A stretch of DNA of 64,000 nucleotides from a candidate division BRC1 bacterium ADurb.Bin183 (GTDB lineage: Bacteria > Sumerlaeota > Sumerlaeia > MWCT01): positions 57,625 through 121,624 of the forward strand of contig MWCT01000008.1 in the NCBI GenBank assembly GCA_002070185.1, read 5' to 3'. A model generated the notes under the pieces. It saw only the letters and a list, made by a program, of their open reading frames with translations. It did not search any database and was not told where the DNA came from. Numbering within the stretch: position 1 is the stretch's first letter; every line of letters begins with the position of its first letter. Made by a program: the position numbers and the translations under genes. Below, in pieces: positions 50,235 through 59,395 of the stretch.

Positions 50235-50413
50235 CTTTGCAACTGAGTGCGCCAGCCGATATCATATATCTGGCTGCAATTGGGGCATTTAAGTTTCACA
50301 TTGACTTGTTCGGAAAATTTAATCGGCTCCAAAACAACATGAAAACCATTCTTATAACCGCAATGCTCGCATTCGGAAAAAGGGGTCATAATTTTTTTTG
50401 AAATTTCTTCCAT
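50231..50413 (-). CDS. Small zinc-ribbon protein
   Basis: 60 aa with CEHC...CPNC. Its TGA stop overlaps the GTG of the DUF2723 gene (GTGA). Confidence 0.45.
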   Translation of the reverse strand: MEEISKKIMTPFSECEHCGYKNGFHVVLEPIKFSEQVNVKLKCPNCSQIYDIGWRTQLQR

Positions 50414-50558
50414 CTCATTTCCTTATTTGAAATATGATAGATATCTTTTTGAATATAACCATGTCAAATAATATTGATGAAAAGACGGCACAAGATTGCC
50501 GATAATTAAATCAATCCTTTTTCGAAAATGAAAGTTGATAATTTTGTAAATGTCATTA

Positions 50559-50587
50559 TTGACAAGCCACCCGTTTTACATGATATT
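50559..50587 (+). promoter_or_regulatory. Candidate sigma70-type promoter (TTGACA-N17-GATATT)
   Basis: Read directly. It lies about 80 nt upstream of the XRE-like reading frame. Confidence 0.3.
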
Positions 50588-50666
50588 AACTTTATTATTA
50601 ATTAGGAGGAGTCCTGCAAAACAGATATTTTTAACCAACCAAACAATTGAAAGTGTGGTATGAGGC

Positions 50667-51206
50667 GTGGAAAATCTACTTGGAAAAGAAATATATGCAA
50701 ACAGAGTTGCGCAAGGATTAACTTAGGACCAGTTTGGCGTCAAATATCGCATTACAGGTCCCGCGGTTTTCAAATTTGAAAAAGGTTATGTCAAACCTTC
50801 GCTCGAGTTATGGATGCGATTAGCAAAGGATTTTGAAATTCCTGAGACTCGCGCAGTTTTGATGTGGATTCGTTCCCGTCTGCCGGAGGAATATCAACAC
50901 CTTGTACAAATCAAGGATGAACCGTTTCTCCTTGAAGAACAAGCGGAATATGCGCCATCCCGCAAAAAAGACTATGCAAAATTTACCAACCGCGAAGAGA
51001 TGAAAGAGGCTGTCCTCAAAGATGTCAAAATCCCAAAAGAATTGAAGAATTTCCTCAAATCGGATGAGGTCTGGTTGATTTACAAACCAACGGGAACGGA
51101 AATTAATCTCTTGCGGGATCGTTTTGGAGACCTCGGACCCGGCAATGTGGATGCTTGGCGCGAAGCCTTTCGCGTGATACGGATGTTCAAATCGTCGGCA
51201 AAGTAA
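50667..51206 (+). pseudogene. XRE-family HTH protein gene interrupted by an in-frame TAG (50724-50726)
   Basis: In the frame of the 50814-51206 ORF, the upstream sequence reads (GTG)ENLLGKEIYANRVAQGLT*DQFGVKYRITGPAVFKFEKGYVKPSLELWMRLAKDFEIPE. This is a canonical HTH_XRE domain with the stop exactly at the conserved Gln position. Confidence 0.6.
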
Positions 51207-51250
51207 TTTTGCAACGCTTCCCTATCGGCATGCGGGAAGATAGCCGCCCA

Positions 51251-52567
51251 TTAAAAGGTGCGGATTATCTTCTCGCATTTTTCTTTCATCGCGTTGATTG
51301 TTTCTTCAGACGAGCGTCTGCCATTCAAAGCCGCCTCAAAGTAATCAGTGATAACCGTCCTCACGGGTTCCCAAGTCAGAACCCTCGGTTCGAAAATTCC
51401 ATTATCCAAAAGCGCTGCGGCTGAGCTGTAACGCGGATTTTTTTTCAGATAATCCTGCATCATCTCTGTTTGCATAACGGAATAACGAATAGGCAGATAC
51501 CCGGTTCCAACCGACCAGGCCGTTGCGCTTTTTGTATCCGTCAGAAAAGAGATAAATTTCCATGCGGCGACTATTTTTTCGTCGGGATGATTTTTGAATA
51601 TACCAATGTTTGTCCCCTGAAATAGAGTTCGAGCGGATTCTTCTTTCCCATCAGGATATGGGATTGGGGCAATACCCCAATCAAAACGCCCCGCCACCGC
51701 CTTCTCCGTATATGGAAGACTCGCTGTTGAATTCACACACATGGCGATTCGTCCAGCTCCAAAAGGCGTGTCAAGATATCCGGGTTCAACATACACCGAA
51801 CCGTCCTTGACCTTCATATCCACAAGATAATCAAGAGTCATTCGACCGATTTCATCGGCGAAAAGAACCTTTTTGCCATCGGAATCAAGGTATTGCCCGC
51901 CAGCTCTAAAAAGAAAGTATGTGAAACCCTCGATAAAAGGGCGCACGCCGTAGCCATATTGCCTGACCTCCGTCCTTTCGCGTTGGGTCATTTTCAGCGC
52001 GGCATCTCTAAATTCCGACCATGTCACAGGCGGACGCCCCTCCCCTTTTTCATTCACAAATCCAATCTTTTTCAAGGCGTCCTTATTATAAAAAAGCATA
52101 TAGGCGCTTTTATTGAATGGCAATGTAACAAGTTTGCCATTCCATGAGTTATCTTTTATAAAAACTTCGGGGATATCGCTGCGGCTTTCCGGAGAAAGCC
52201 CGCCATAATCTTTTGCCAGATCATCAACGTTCTTCAACAAATCATAATCCAGAAACCGCGTCGTCCAACTTTCATACATCTGAGACATAACCGGATTTGT
52301 GCCTGCTGTGCATGAGGCAGTCAGATTAGTCAAAAGCTGCGTATATCCGCCTTGATAGACGGGATTGACATGGATTTGAGGGTGCTGGCTTTCAAAATCA
52401 GCGATGATTCCATTCAAGATTTTGCTGTGTTGAAGCCCCATAGAATGCCAAAAAGTAATTGTTACTTTCTGCGCCAAGCCATCATCTCGATGATTGGTTT
52501 TGCAAGATGAAAGAAGGATGATAAAAAGAAACACAAGGATATATAAAGCGGGAAAACGTTTTTTCAT
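51251..52567 (-). CDS. ABC transporter extracellular solute-binding protein (family 1, sugar type)
   Basis: Lipoprotein-like signal (LLSSC), then a typical SBP_bac_1 sequence pattern. Confidence 0.8.
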   Translation of the reverse strand: MKKRFPALYILVFLFIILLSSCKTNHRDDGLAQKVTITFWHSMGLQHSKILNGIIADFESQHPQIHVNPVYQGGYTQLLTNLTASCTAGTNPVMSQMYESWTTRFLDYDLLKNVDDLAKDYGGLSPESRSDIPEVFIKDNSWNGKLVTLPFNKSAYMLFYNKDALKKIGFVNEKGEGRPPVTWSEFRDAALKMTQRERTEVRQYGYGVRPFIEGFTYFLFRAGGQYLDSDGKKVLFADEIGRMTLDYLVDMKVKDGSVYVEPGYLDTPFGAGRIAMCVNSTASLPYTEKAVAGRFDWGIAPIPYPDGKEESARTLFQGTNIGIFKNHPDEKIVAAWKFISFLTDTKSATAWSVGTGYLPIRYSVMQTEMMQDYLKKNPRYSSAAALLDNGIFEPRVLTWEPVRTVITDYFEAALNGRRSSEETINAMKEKCEKIIRTF

Positions 52568-52590
52568 TTGGCAATACCCCGAAGAATCAA

Positions 52591-52926
52591 TTAATTAAAA
52601 TCTTTGCATGCCTCATCAACGTTCGGATATATTTTGAAAAGCGAGGTCAAAAAAGTCACATCAAAAATAGTTTTTACAGAATCATTAACCGCGGCGATTC
52701 TCAAATCGCCTTTATTCTTGCGAAATTCCTTAAGTTTTAAAATAATGGCGGCAAGACCGGAGCTATCAATGTAATTCACTGCGCTCATATCAAGAACAAC
52801 ATTAAATCGGGATGTGCTGACCATATCGCCAAGAATTTTTTTGAGTTCAGATACATTATCCGCAATAATATCGGTTTTGATTGAGATTATATGGACATCG
52901 CCTCGATTCTCTTGTATAGAATCCAT
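52591..52926 (-). CDS. STAS-domain anti-sigma-factor antagonist (orphan)
   Basis: DMSAVNYIDSSGLAAIIL motif. I prefer the internal ATG at 52926 (MDSIQEN), which has aaggag upstream. Confidence 0.7.
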   Translation of the reverse strand: MDSIQENRGDVHIISIKTDIIADNVSELKKILGDMVSTSRFNVVLDMSAVNYIDSSGLAAIILKLKEFRKNKGDLRIAAVNDSVKTIFDVTFLTSLFKIYPNVDEACKDFN

Positions 52927-53058
52927 ATATCTTATAACTCCTTTAATCTGGGAAATTAAAAGGATTTTCATTTTTCATTGATGTCTGTGTCAAGTGGGGA
53001 TATGGAAAAAGATAGAAATTCATAAACAATTATCGCCAATTATGTTTTTAATATTAAT

Positions 53059-56000
53059 ATGAAAATCGCAGATTCCCTTTTTAAAATAGCGTCCATTCTT
53101 ATATTTTTGAATCTATCCCATTTAGCCGCCCGCGGGCAATTCACGAAAAATGATTGGGACGCGCTTCATCGCTCTTTAGAACGCTCAACGGCGACTTTTA
53201 CCGTCGGCGAAAATTCCGCCACATCGCGCCCCTTAGAACAACTCTGCGGATTAAAGCCGCCAAAGCAAATCTTGAAAAACGCTCACGTCTTTGAGACTCC
53301 GATAATAACGCGGGGCTTCCCCTCAAAATTTGACTGGAGAGAGGTCGCCGGGTGTCCTCCAATCAAAGACCAGAAAAATTGCGGAGCATGCTGGGCTTTT
53401 GCTACCATTGCGCCGCTTGAATGCAATATCCTTTACAAAGATGGGCGCAATATCAATCTTTCCGAACAATGGTTGATTTCATGCAATAAGGATAGCTGGG
53501 ATTGCCTAGGCGGTTGGTGGGCTTATAAATACTTAATAAACCCAGGCGCCGTCTTAGAGTCTGATTGCCCCTATCGTGGTGGAGTCGCCCCATGCGGAGA
53601 AAATTATTTTTATCCTTATCGAATCAAATCTTGGGATTTTGTCCATACTGAGTATGCCGTTGCGCCGATTGACAAAATCAAACAAGCCGTTATGGATTAT
53701 GGACCTGTTTCAACAGCCATCTATGTGGGAAACGCCTTCCGGGCTTATACGGGCGGCATCTTTAATATCAATGAATCGGGAACTGATTACGTAAATCACG
53801 GGGTCACTATAGTTGGCTGGGATGACAACATCGGAGGAGGATGCTGGATTATACGTAACTCGTGGGGCTCTGACTGGGGTATCGGCGGTTATATGTATAT
53901 CAAATACGGGCTCTCCAATGTCGGTTATTCTGCCAACTACGTCATTTATGAAAGCGGAGCGGATTTTGTTTCTTATACAATTGATGACGATATGAACGGC
54001 ATGAGCTGCGGAAATGGGAACAAACTTCCCGAACCCGGTGAAACAATCGAATTAGGAATTGTATTAAAGAATAACACAGAGAATGTATTAACCGACATCG
54101 AGGCTCGGATTTCATCGGATAGCATGTATCTTGATTATATAACCTCTGATACCGTAACATTTGAGGACATGGCGCCGAATGAGGAAAAGCATTCATTAAA
54201 TAAATATGTCATCACGCTTGCTGACCAGATATCGCAAGGCAAAAAGTTAAAATTCAATTTGGATATTAACAGCCATTCGAGCCAGTTCCACACCCATTTC
54301 ATAATGCCTATCCATGCCGATCCTGCCATGGACATTTCACCCGATTCATTGAACGTTGTCATCGTCCCCAATGATACGGTCGAAAAAATAATCACCGTTG
54401 GAAACACAGGATTCAACCCTCTGAATTTCCGTTGCGGCGCTTTAGATACAACCCTTTTTGGAGCACAAATGAACGCATTGCTTGAAGACTCCGCGCATTT
54501 TGGAGGTCCGGACAATTTCGGTTATTTGTGGATAGACAGCGAAACAAATGACGGCGTAATTTTCAATTGGGTTGAGATAAACCAGATTGGCGCTCCCTTG
54601 ATTTTGGGCGATGATGACCATGCAGAAATCGCGCTCCCATTTTCATTTCCCTTTTACGGCTCTTTGAAAAATAAGATGCTCGTATCTTCAAACGGTTATC
54701 TCACATTCGGAGAAGACGGCGATTCGTATTCTTTCGGCAATATCCCGTTTCCCACCGAGCCCAATGATTTCATAGCGCCCTTTTGGTGCGATTTGAACCC
54801 TGATTCCGGCGCCCATGGAAGCATCTTTTTTTATCATGACATCGCCAATCATCGGATAATTATCGAATGGGACAGCGTTGAGCATAACGATTTTAAAAAC
54901 CCCGAAACTTTTCAAGCCATTCTCATCGAAGACGGGCGTATCATATTTCAATACAAAAAAGTAAACTCAGGGAATAAATGCACGGTCGGAATTGAGAATG
55001 CCGACGGTAATGACGGACTCCAGATAGCCTTTCAAAAAAATTATCTGCGCGATGGACTTGCCGTCCTTATTCAGCGACATGCCTCATGGATAACATTCTC
55101 TCCCCCATCCGGAACAATCAAACCCGATGAAACCATGCAAATCAAAGTTGCGGTTGAAAGCGCCTCATTATCAACCGGAACACATACAGCACGATTGATT
55201 TTCAACTCCAACGATCCGAAAACACCTTGCGCAATACCGCTCAATATTATCAAGGCTGGCAGCAACCCATATATTGAACATACTCCGCACGCCGATACAT
55301 ACAATACCGTTAGTCCATACAAAATTATTGCCGAATTTTTTTCAAATGCTAATCTTGCAGAATCAAAACTTTTTATTTTTTGGAGAACAAACGATGATGA
55401 GGCATTTTCCACCGCCCCCCTTATCCATGTAACCGAAAACAGATACGATGCTATTATTCCCGCGCAACCAATGGGAAGCGTTATCGAATATTATTTATTT
55501 GCCGAAAACATCAACGGTGACGCCGCAACTCTGCCGCAAAATGCGCCCGAGTGCTCATTTAAATTCTCCATCATGAACCGCCCCATCATAAATGTTCATG
55601 CAGAAAATCCAACCGAATTCTCATTCCCGCCCAATGAACGGAATACCGTTTTCAATCTCTTCTCCGTTGGAAATGACGGAACGCTGCCTTTGTTTTATGA
55701 AATAACCCGCCCGCCCCAGACATCGTGGATTGTTATCAATCCACAATCCGGTTTGCTTGAATGCGGCGATAGCCGCGCAATGTCCGTTGCCATTGATACA
55801 AAAGATTTACTGCCGGGTGATTATTATGCGGATCTGCTTATTTCCAGCAACGATCCAATAAATCCGCAAATAGCTCTGTCGGTTAAATTGTCCGTCAACG
55901 AGCAAATACCCAACCGCAAATGGACCTTCATGGTTTATATGGATGGAGACAACGACCTCGAAAAACAAGCCATTAAAGACTTTCTTGAAATCACTAACGC

Positions 56001-58401
56001 CAATCTCAATTCCAGCGTTGCAGTCCTCATCCAGTTTGATCGGGTTAAAGGCTATGATAACCAATTTGGCGATTGGACTATTTGCCATCGCTTTGCCGCT
56101 CAACAAGGGATGACTCCCCTCGAATCTCTTGCAGCGCCTGATTGGGGCGATGGACGAGGCGGACGAGAAGTGAATATGGGCGATCCCAAAACTCTGGCTG
56201 ATTTTATCTCTTGGGGCGCTGAAAATTTCCCATCGCCTCACTACGCCCTTATTCTTTGGGATCATGGCGGCGGATGGCGCAAAGAACCCGCCCCGATTCT
56301 GCGCGACATCTGCAAAGATATCACCAACAATGACATCCTTTCCACAAAAGAAATGGGCAACGCCCTTGAAGCGTTGGCAGATAAATTTGACATCATTGCC
56401 ATGGATGCCTGCAATATGGGAATGCTTGAAGTCGCATTTGAGATACGAAATAAAGGCTCCATAATGATTGCATCGGAAGGGAGTGTTCCTCTTGAAGGTC
56501 TGCCTTATACGGAAATCCTTAATGATTTATGCACAAGCCCGTCCCTTTCTGCCGCTCAATTTTCTAAAAATATTATCGAGCATTATTCTCAAAAATATCG
56601 CGGGGTGTCTTCCCTTTCCGCTTGCGACCTTGAAAAAGTGGAAGCCCTTGTCCATGAAATAAGCTCATTCGCATCAACTGTTATCTCCAATCGGGAGCTC
56701 ATTCCCAGCATTGCTCATGCCCGCCGACAGATTCAATCTCATCACGTCCTTGATGAAACCTGCGATATACTTGATTTTGCAAACACCCTCCATCGAACAT
56801 GCAAAACCCCCGCAATAAAAGAACCTATCGCGTCAATCCAAAACGCGTTGAAAGATTTGGTCATATCATCCTATTCCGCCAACTGCAAACCTGCTAATGG
56901 ATTATCGTTTTATTTTCCAAATCCTTCATCATACAAAAAAATTGACGTTGGCTACTCATGCAAGAATATTCAGTTTGCCTGCGAATCAACTTGGGATGAT
57001 ATGCTTCCGCTGATTCTCGGCTCAGACACAAATCCGCCGCTGATTCAACATTCGCCTCTCAAAGATACGTTGGATACTTCTGGACCCTATCAGATTGAAG
57101 CTGCGATTTCTGGTGTTTCCGCCATAACAAATGTCAACCTTTATTGGAGCAAAGGGCTCAACTCAATTGAAGTCATTCCTATGAACCGCGGCTCCGAACG
57201 CTACTTTGCCTCCTTCGGCAGCGGCGGGGTCATTGGAGAGCAATTCAGTTATCGAATCGAAGCCATAGACATCAACGGAAATACTGGCTATTTTCCCGGA
57301 CCAACCGAAGAACAATTCTGGCGTTTTGATATTGCAGAACCTTTGCAAGGTCTTTGGGAAACTTTCGAAACGGGAAAAATGGATTTAACTAACACCCGAT
57401 TGACATTCATTCCCGACCCATCCAGCCCGCAAAGATACCGTGTTTGCTCTGAAAAAATAACCGATTGGAGTATAAATCCTTATGGCGGGCAGAAGATTCA
57501 TCTGTATGATAATGATTTCAAAGAAATAAATATCGCAGAGCACAGGGTCTTTCTCTACGGAACGCCATATTCCAAGTTTTTTATTGGCTCAAATGGTTAT
57601 ATCACATTTGTCTCAGGCGATTGCGATAACTCTCCCGTCGCGTTGAAACACTTTCAAATCCCGCGTGTTGCTCTTTTTTATGCCAACTTCGCATCTTTTT
57701 CAGAGGGGATGATTACTTGTGAACAGATGCGGGATCGCATTGTAGTTTCCTATATCTGCGTCAACAATAACAATATGCAGGCGGAACTGGGATATGATGG
57801 AATAATTCGCCTTACATGGCTTTCCATGGATTTGCGTAAAGGGATTGTGGGGCTCTCAAATGGACAAGGTGTTCCAATGGGCAAAATGACGGATTTTTCA
57901 AAAATGCAAACATGTTTGCCTCCAACGCCGCCTGAGATTGAGTTTGAAACTCTACCGGATTTTGCAGGCGGATTCTACACCATTGCTTTCACCATCAAAG
58001 ACGAACAATCCAACCCTTGCAACATACTTGCGGAATTTTCCGCTGATGGCGGCGCACACTGGCAAACGCCAATCATTATACAAGAAAAAAATAACGGGAC
58101 TCGTTTTTTGGCCGCACCAACCGGAAAAAGATTCGCCTTAAAATGGAATACTTTACAAGATTTGGGCTCAGGGACTTTTCCGAACATAATATTTAGAATC
58201 ACTGCATATAATATGTTGATAAGCGGATTGCCTGCGGATACGCCAAATTTTTCAATACAAAATCCAAGCCGAATTGAATTATTGGACTATATACTTGCCC
58301 GAAGATTAAACAGCGCCGAAGAAACAACAAAACTTGACGTTAATCACGACGGCATGATAGGCGTCCCCGACATTTTGTTTCTTATCAATAATGGATTATG
58401 A
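53059..58401 (+). CDS. Giant secreted multidomain protein: papain-like C1 peptidase + clostripain-like C11 peptidase + NIDO-like/Ig-like modules + C-terminal dockerin-like repeat
   Basis: It has a signal peptide. The C1 domain shows QKNCGACWAF (Cys codon 53389-53391), VNHGVTIVGWD and IRNSWGSDWG. The C11 domain shows WTFMVYMDGDNDLE (from 55921), LILWDHGGGW (His 56263-56265) and IIAMDACNMG (Cys 56410-56412). There are two SNGY(L/I)TF segments and a C-terminal DVNHDGMIGVPDILFLIN. Confidence 0.85.
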   Translation: MKIADSLFKIASILIFLNLSHLAARGQFTKNDWDALHRSLERSTATFTVGENSATSRPLEQLCGLKPPKQILKNAHVFETPIITRGFPSKFDWREVAGCPPIKDQKNCGACWAFATIAPLECNILYKDGRNINLSEQWLISCNKDSWDCLGGWWAYKYLINPGAVLESDCPYRGGVAPCGENYFYPYRIKSWDFVHTEYAVAPIDKIKQAVMDYGPVSTAIYVGNAFRAYTGGIFNINESGTDYVNHGVTIVGWDDNIGGGCWIIRNSWGSDWGIGGYMYIKYGLSNVGYSANYVIYESGADFVSYTIDDDMNGMSCGNGNKLPEPGETIELGIVLKNNTENVLTDIEARISSDSMYLDYITSDTVTFEDMAPNEEKHSLNKYVITLADQISQGKKLKFNLDINSHSSQFHTHFIMPIHADPAMDISPDSLNVVIVPNDTVEKIITVGNTGFNPLNFRCGALDTTLFGAQMNALLEDSAHFGGPDNFGYLWIDSETNDGVIFNWVEINQIGAPLILGDDDHAEIALPFSFPFYGSLKNKMLVSSNGYLTFGEDGDSYSFGNIPFPTEPNDFIAPFWCDLNPDSGAHGSIFFYHDIANHRIIIEWDSVEHNDFKNPETFQAILIEDGRIIFQYKKVNSGNKCTVGIENADGNDGLQIAFQKNYLRDGLAVLIQRHASWITFSPPSGTIKPDETMQIKVAVESASLSTGTHTARLIFNSNDPKTPCAIPLNIIKAGSNPYIEHTPHADTYNTVSPYKIIAEFFSNANLAESKLFIFWRTNDDEAFSTAPLIHVTENRYDAIIPAQPMGSVIEYYLFAENINGDAATLPQNAPECSFKFSIMNRPIINVHAENPTEFSFPPNERNTVFNLFSVGNDGTLPLFYEITRPPQTSWIVINPQSGLLECGDSRAMSVAIDTKDLLPGDYYADLLISSNDPINPQIALSVKLSVNEQIPNRKWTFMVYMDGDNDLEKQAIKDFLEITNANLNSSVAVLIQFDRVKGYDNQFGDWTICHRFAAQQGMTPLESLAAPDWGDGRGGREVNMGDPKTLADFISWGAENFPSPHYALILWDHGGGWRKEPAPILRDICKDITNNDILSTKEMGNALEALADKFDIIAMDACNMGMLEVAFEIRNKGSIMIASEGSVPLEGLPYTEILNDLCTSPSLSAAQFSKNIIEHYSQKYRGVSSLSACDLEKVEALVHEISSFASTVISNRELIPSIAHARRQIQSHHVLDETCDILDFANTLHRTCKTPAIKEPIASIQNALKDLVISSYSANCKPANGLSFYFPNPSSYKKIDVGYSCKNIQFACESTWDDMLPLILGSDTNPPLIQHSPLKDTLDTSGPYQIEAAISGVSAITNVNLYWSKGLNSIEVIPMNRGSERYFASFGSGGVIGEQFSYRIEAIDINGNTGYFPGPTEEQFWRFDIAEPLQGLWETFETGKMDLTNTRLTFIPDPSSPQRYRVCSEKITDWSINPYGGQKIHLYDNDFKEINIAEHRVFLYGTPYSKFFIGSNGYITFVSGDCDNSPVALKHFQIPRVALFYANFASFSEGMITCEQMRDRIVVSYICVNNNNMQAELGYDGIIRLTWLSMDLRKGIVGLSNGQGVPMGKMTDFSKMQTCLPPTPPEIEFETLPDFAGGFYTIAFTIKDEQSNPCNILAEFSADGGAHWQTPIIIQEKNNGTRFLAAPTGKRFALKWNTLQDLGSGTFPNIIFRITAYNMLISGLPADTPNFSIQNPSRIELLDYILARRLNSAEETTKLDVNHDGMIGVPDILFLINNGL

Positions 58402-58429
58402 AAATCATTTTATTTATCGAGTGTAAAAA

Positions 58430-59395
58430 TTGAATAAACGTTCATACTTGCGGGCGATTGATATTTTAAACCTATCCTATTTGGCAATCATCAGCATTAT
58501 CATTCTTGTCTTTCATAAGAATATGCCGAATTGGCTCCCTCATTTTTTCATGCACATCGCCATCTTTGCGGCTTATTGGGGATTTTGCAGATTGACTGCG
58601 TTCAGCCGCCGAAGAGGAATTCGTTTTTTGCGCGATGCCATCAGCCCCATTCTTCTTATATTTTATTATGAGGAGACCGGCAATCTTAATCATCTGATAT
58701 TCCCTTTTTACTTTGATTCCTTTGTGGCTGGAATCGAAGAAAAAATATTCGGCGGGCAGCCTGCGTTAATTTTTTATCATGCCATGCCATCAAGGCTGTT
58801 CAGCGAATTGATGCATTTTTCATATTTCAGTTATTACCTCTTGATCCCTTGGTTGGGACTTTTCTTTTGGCTAAGGAGACGTCAAAAAGAATATGATTCG
58901 CTCATGTTTTCCGGCATGTTAAACATGTTTTTTTGCTATCTATTTTTCATCGTTTTCCCCTGCGCCGGACCATGGTTTTATTTTGCCGCCAACTCCGCCC
59001 GCTGGGATTTTCCCGGTTATCTTTTCGTCCCAATTATGGAGTACATTTTAAAGCATGGGGAAATCGCCAATGGCGCATTCCCGAGCAGCCACGTGGCTTT
59101 GGCTACGGTCATTCTATGTTATGCCGCCAAATATACGCGAGCGAATTTCTGGGTTATGTTTTTCATTGTTTTAAGCCTTTACGCATCCACAGTCTATACA
59201 CAAGCCCATTATCTGATTGATGTGCCTGCCGGTTTGGCGGTTGGGATTTTCTTCTTTTTGGTCGGCGACAAAGTCAAGAACTGGCTTGAACGGCGTCTGC
59301 CCATACGCGTTTCGGATGATGAATATATCAACGCTGTTTCTCTATCAACATCGGGGAAAAAATATGGCAAATTGTTGAATCTGGAAACTGAATGA
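58430..59395 (+). CDS. PAP2-family membrane phosphatase/transferase
   Basis: Polytopic, with PSSHVALA and TQAHYLIDVPAG (PAP2 motifs C2/C3). The TTG start is uncertain. Confidence 0.75.
   Translation: MNKRSYLRAIDILNLSYLAIISIIILVFHKNMPNWLPHFFMHIAIFAAYWGFCRLTAFSRRRGIRFLRDAISPILLIFYYEETGNLNHLIFPFYFDSFVAGIEEKIFGGQPALIFYHAMPSRLFSELMHFSYFSYYLLIPWLGLFFWLRRRQKEYDSLMFSGMLNMFFCYLFFIVFPCAGPWFYFAANSARWDFPGYLFVPIMEYILKHGEIANGAFPSSHVALATVILCYAAKYTRANFWVMFFIVLSLYASTVYTQAHYLIDVPAGLAVGIFFFLVGDKVKNWLERRLPIRVSDDEYINAVSLSTSGKKYGKLLNLETE

Noticed and set aside
50580-50663. A strong AGGAGG (50604-50609) and a 27-codon ORF (ATG 50580 to TGA 50661) upstream of the XRE-like frame.
   Set aside because: The Shine-Dalgarno-like hexamer has no start codon at a usable distance. 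The 27-aa ORF has no RBS and no recognisable features. It is probably leader sequence.
50724-50726. Genome-wide TAG-to-Gln recoding as the explanation for the in-frame TAG in the XRE gene.
   Set aside because: TAG terminates well-defined genes here at the expected C-terminus (rtcB at 48498-48500, the cNMP-binding protein at 12727-12729). No suppressor tRNA is visible in the window.
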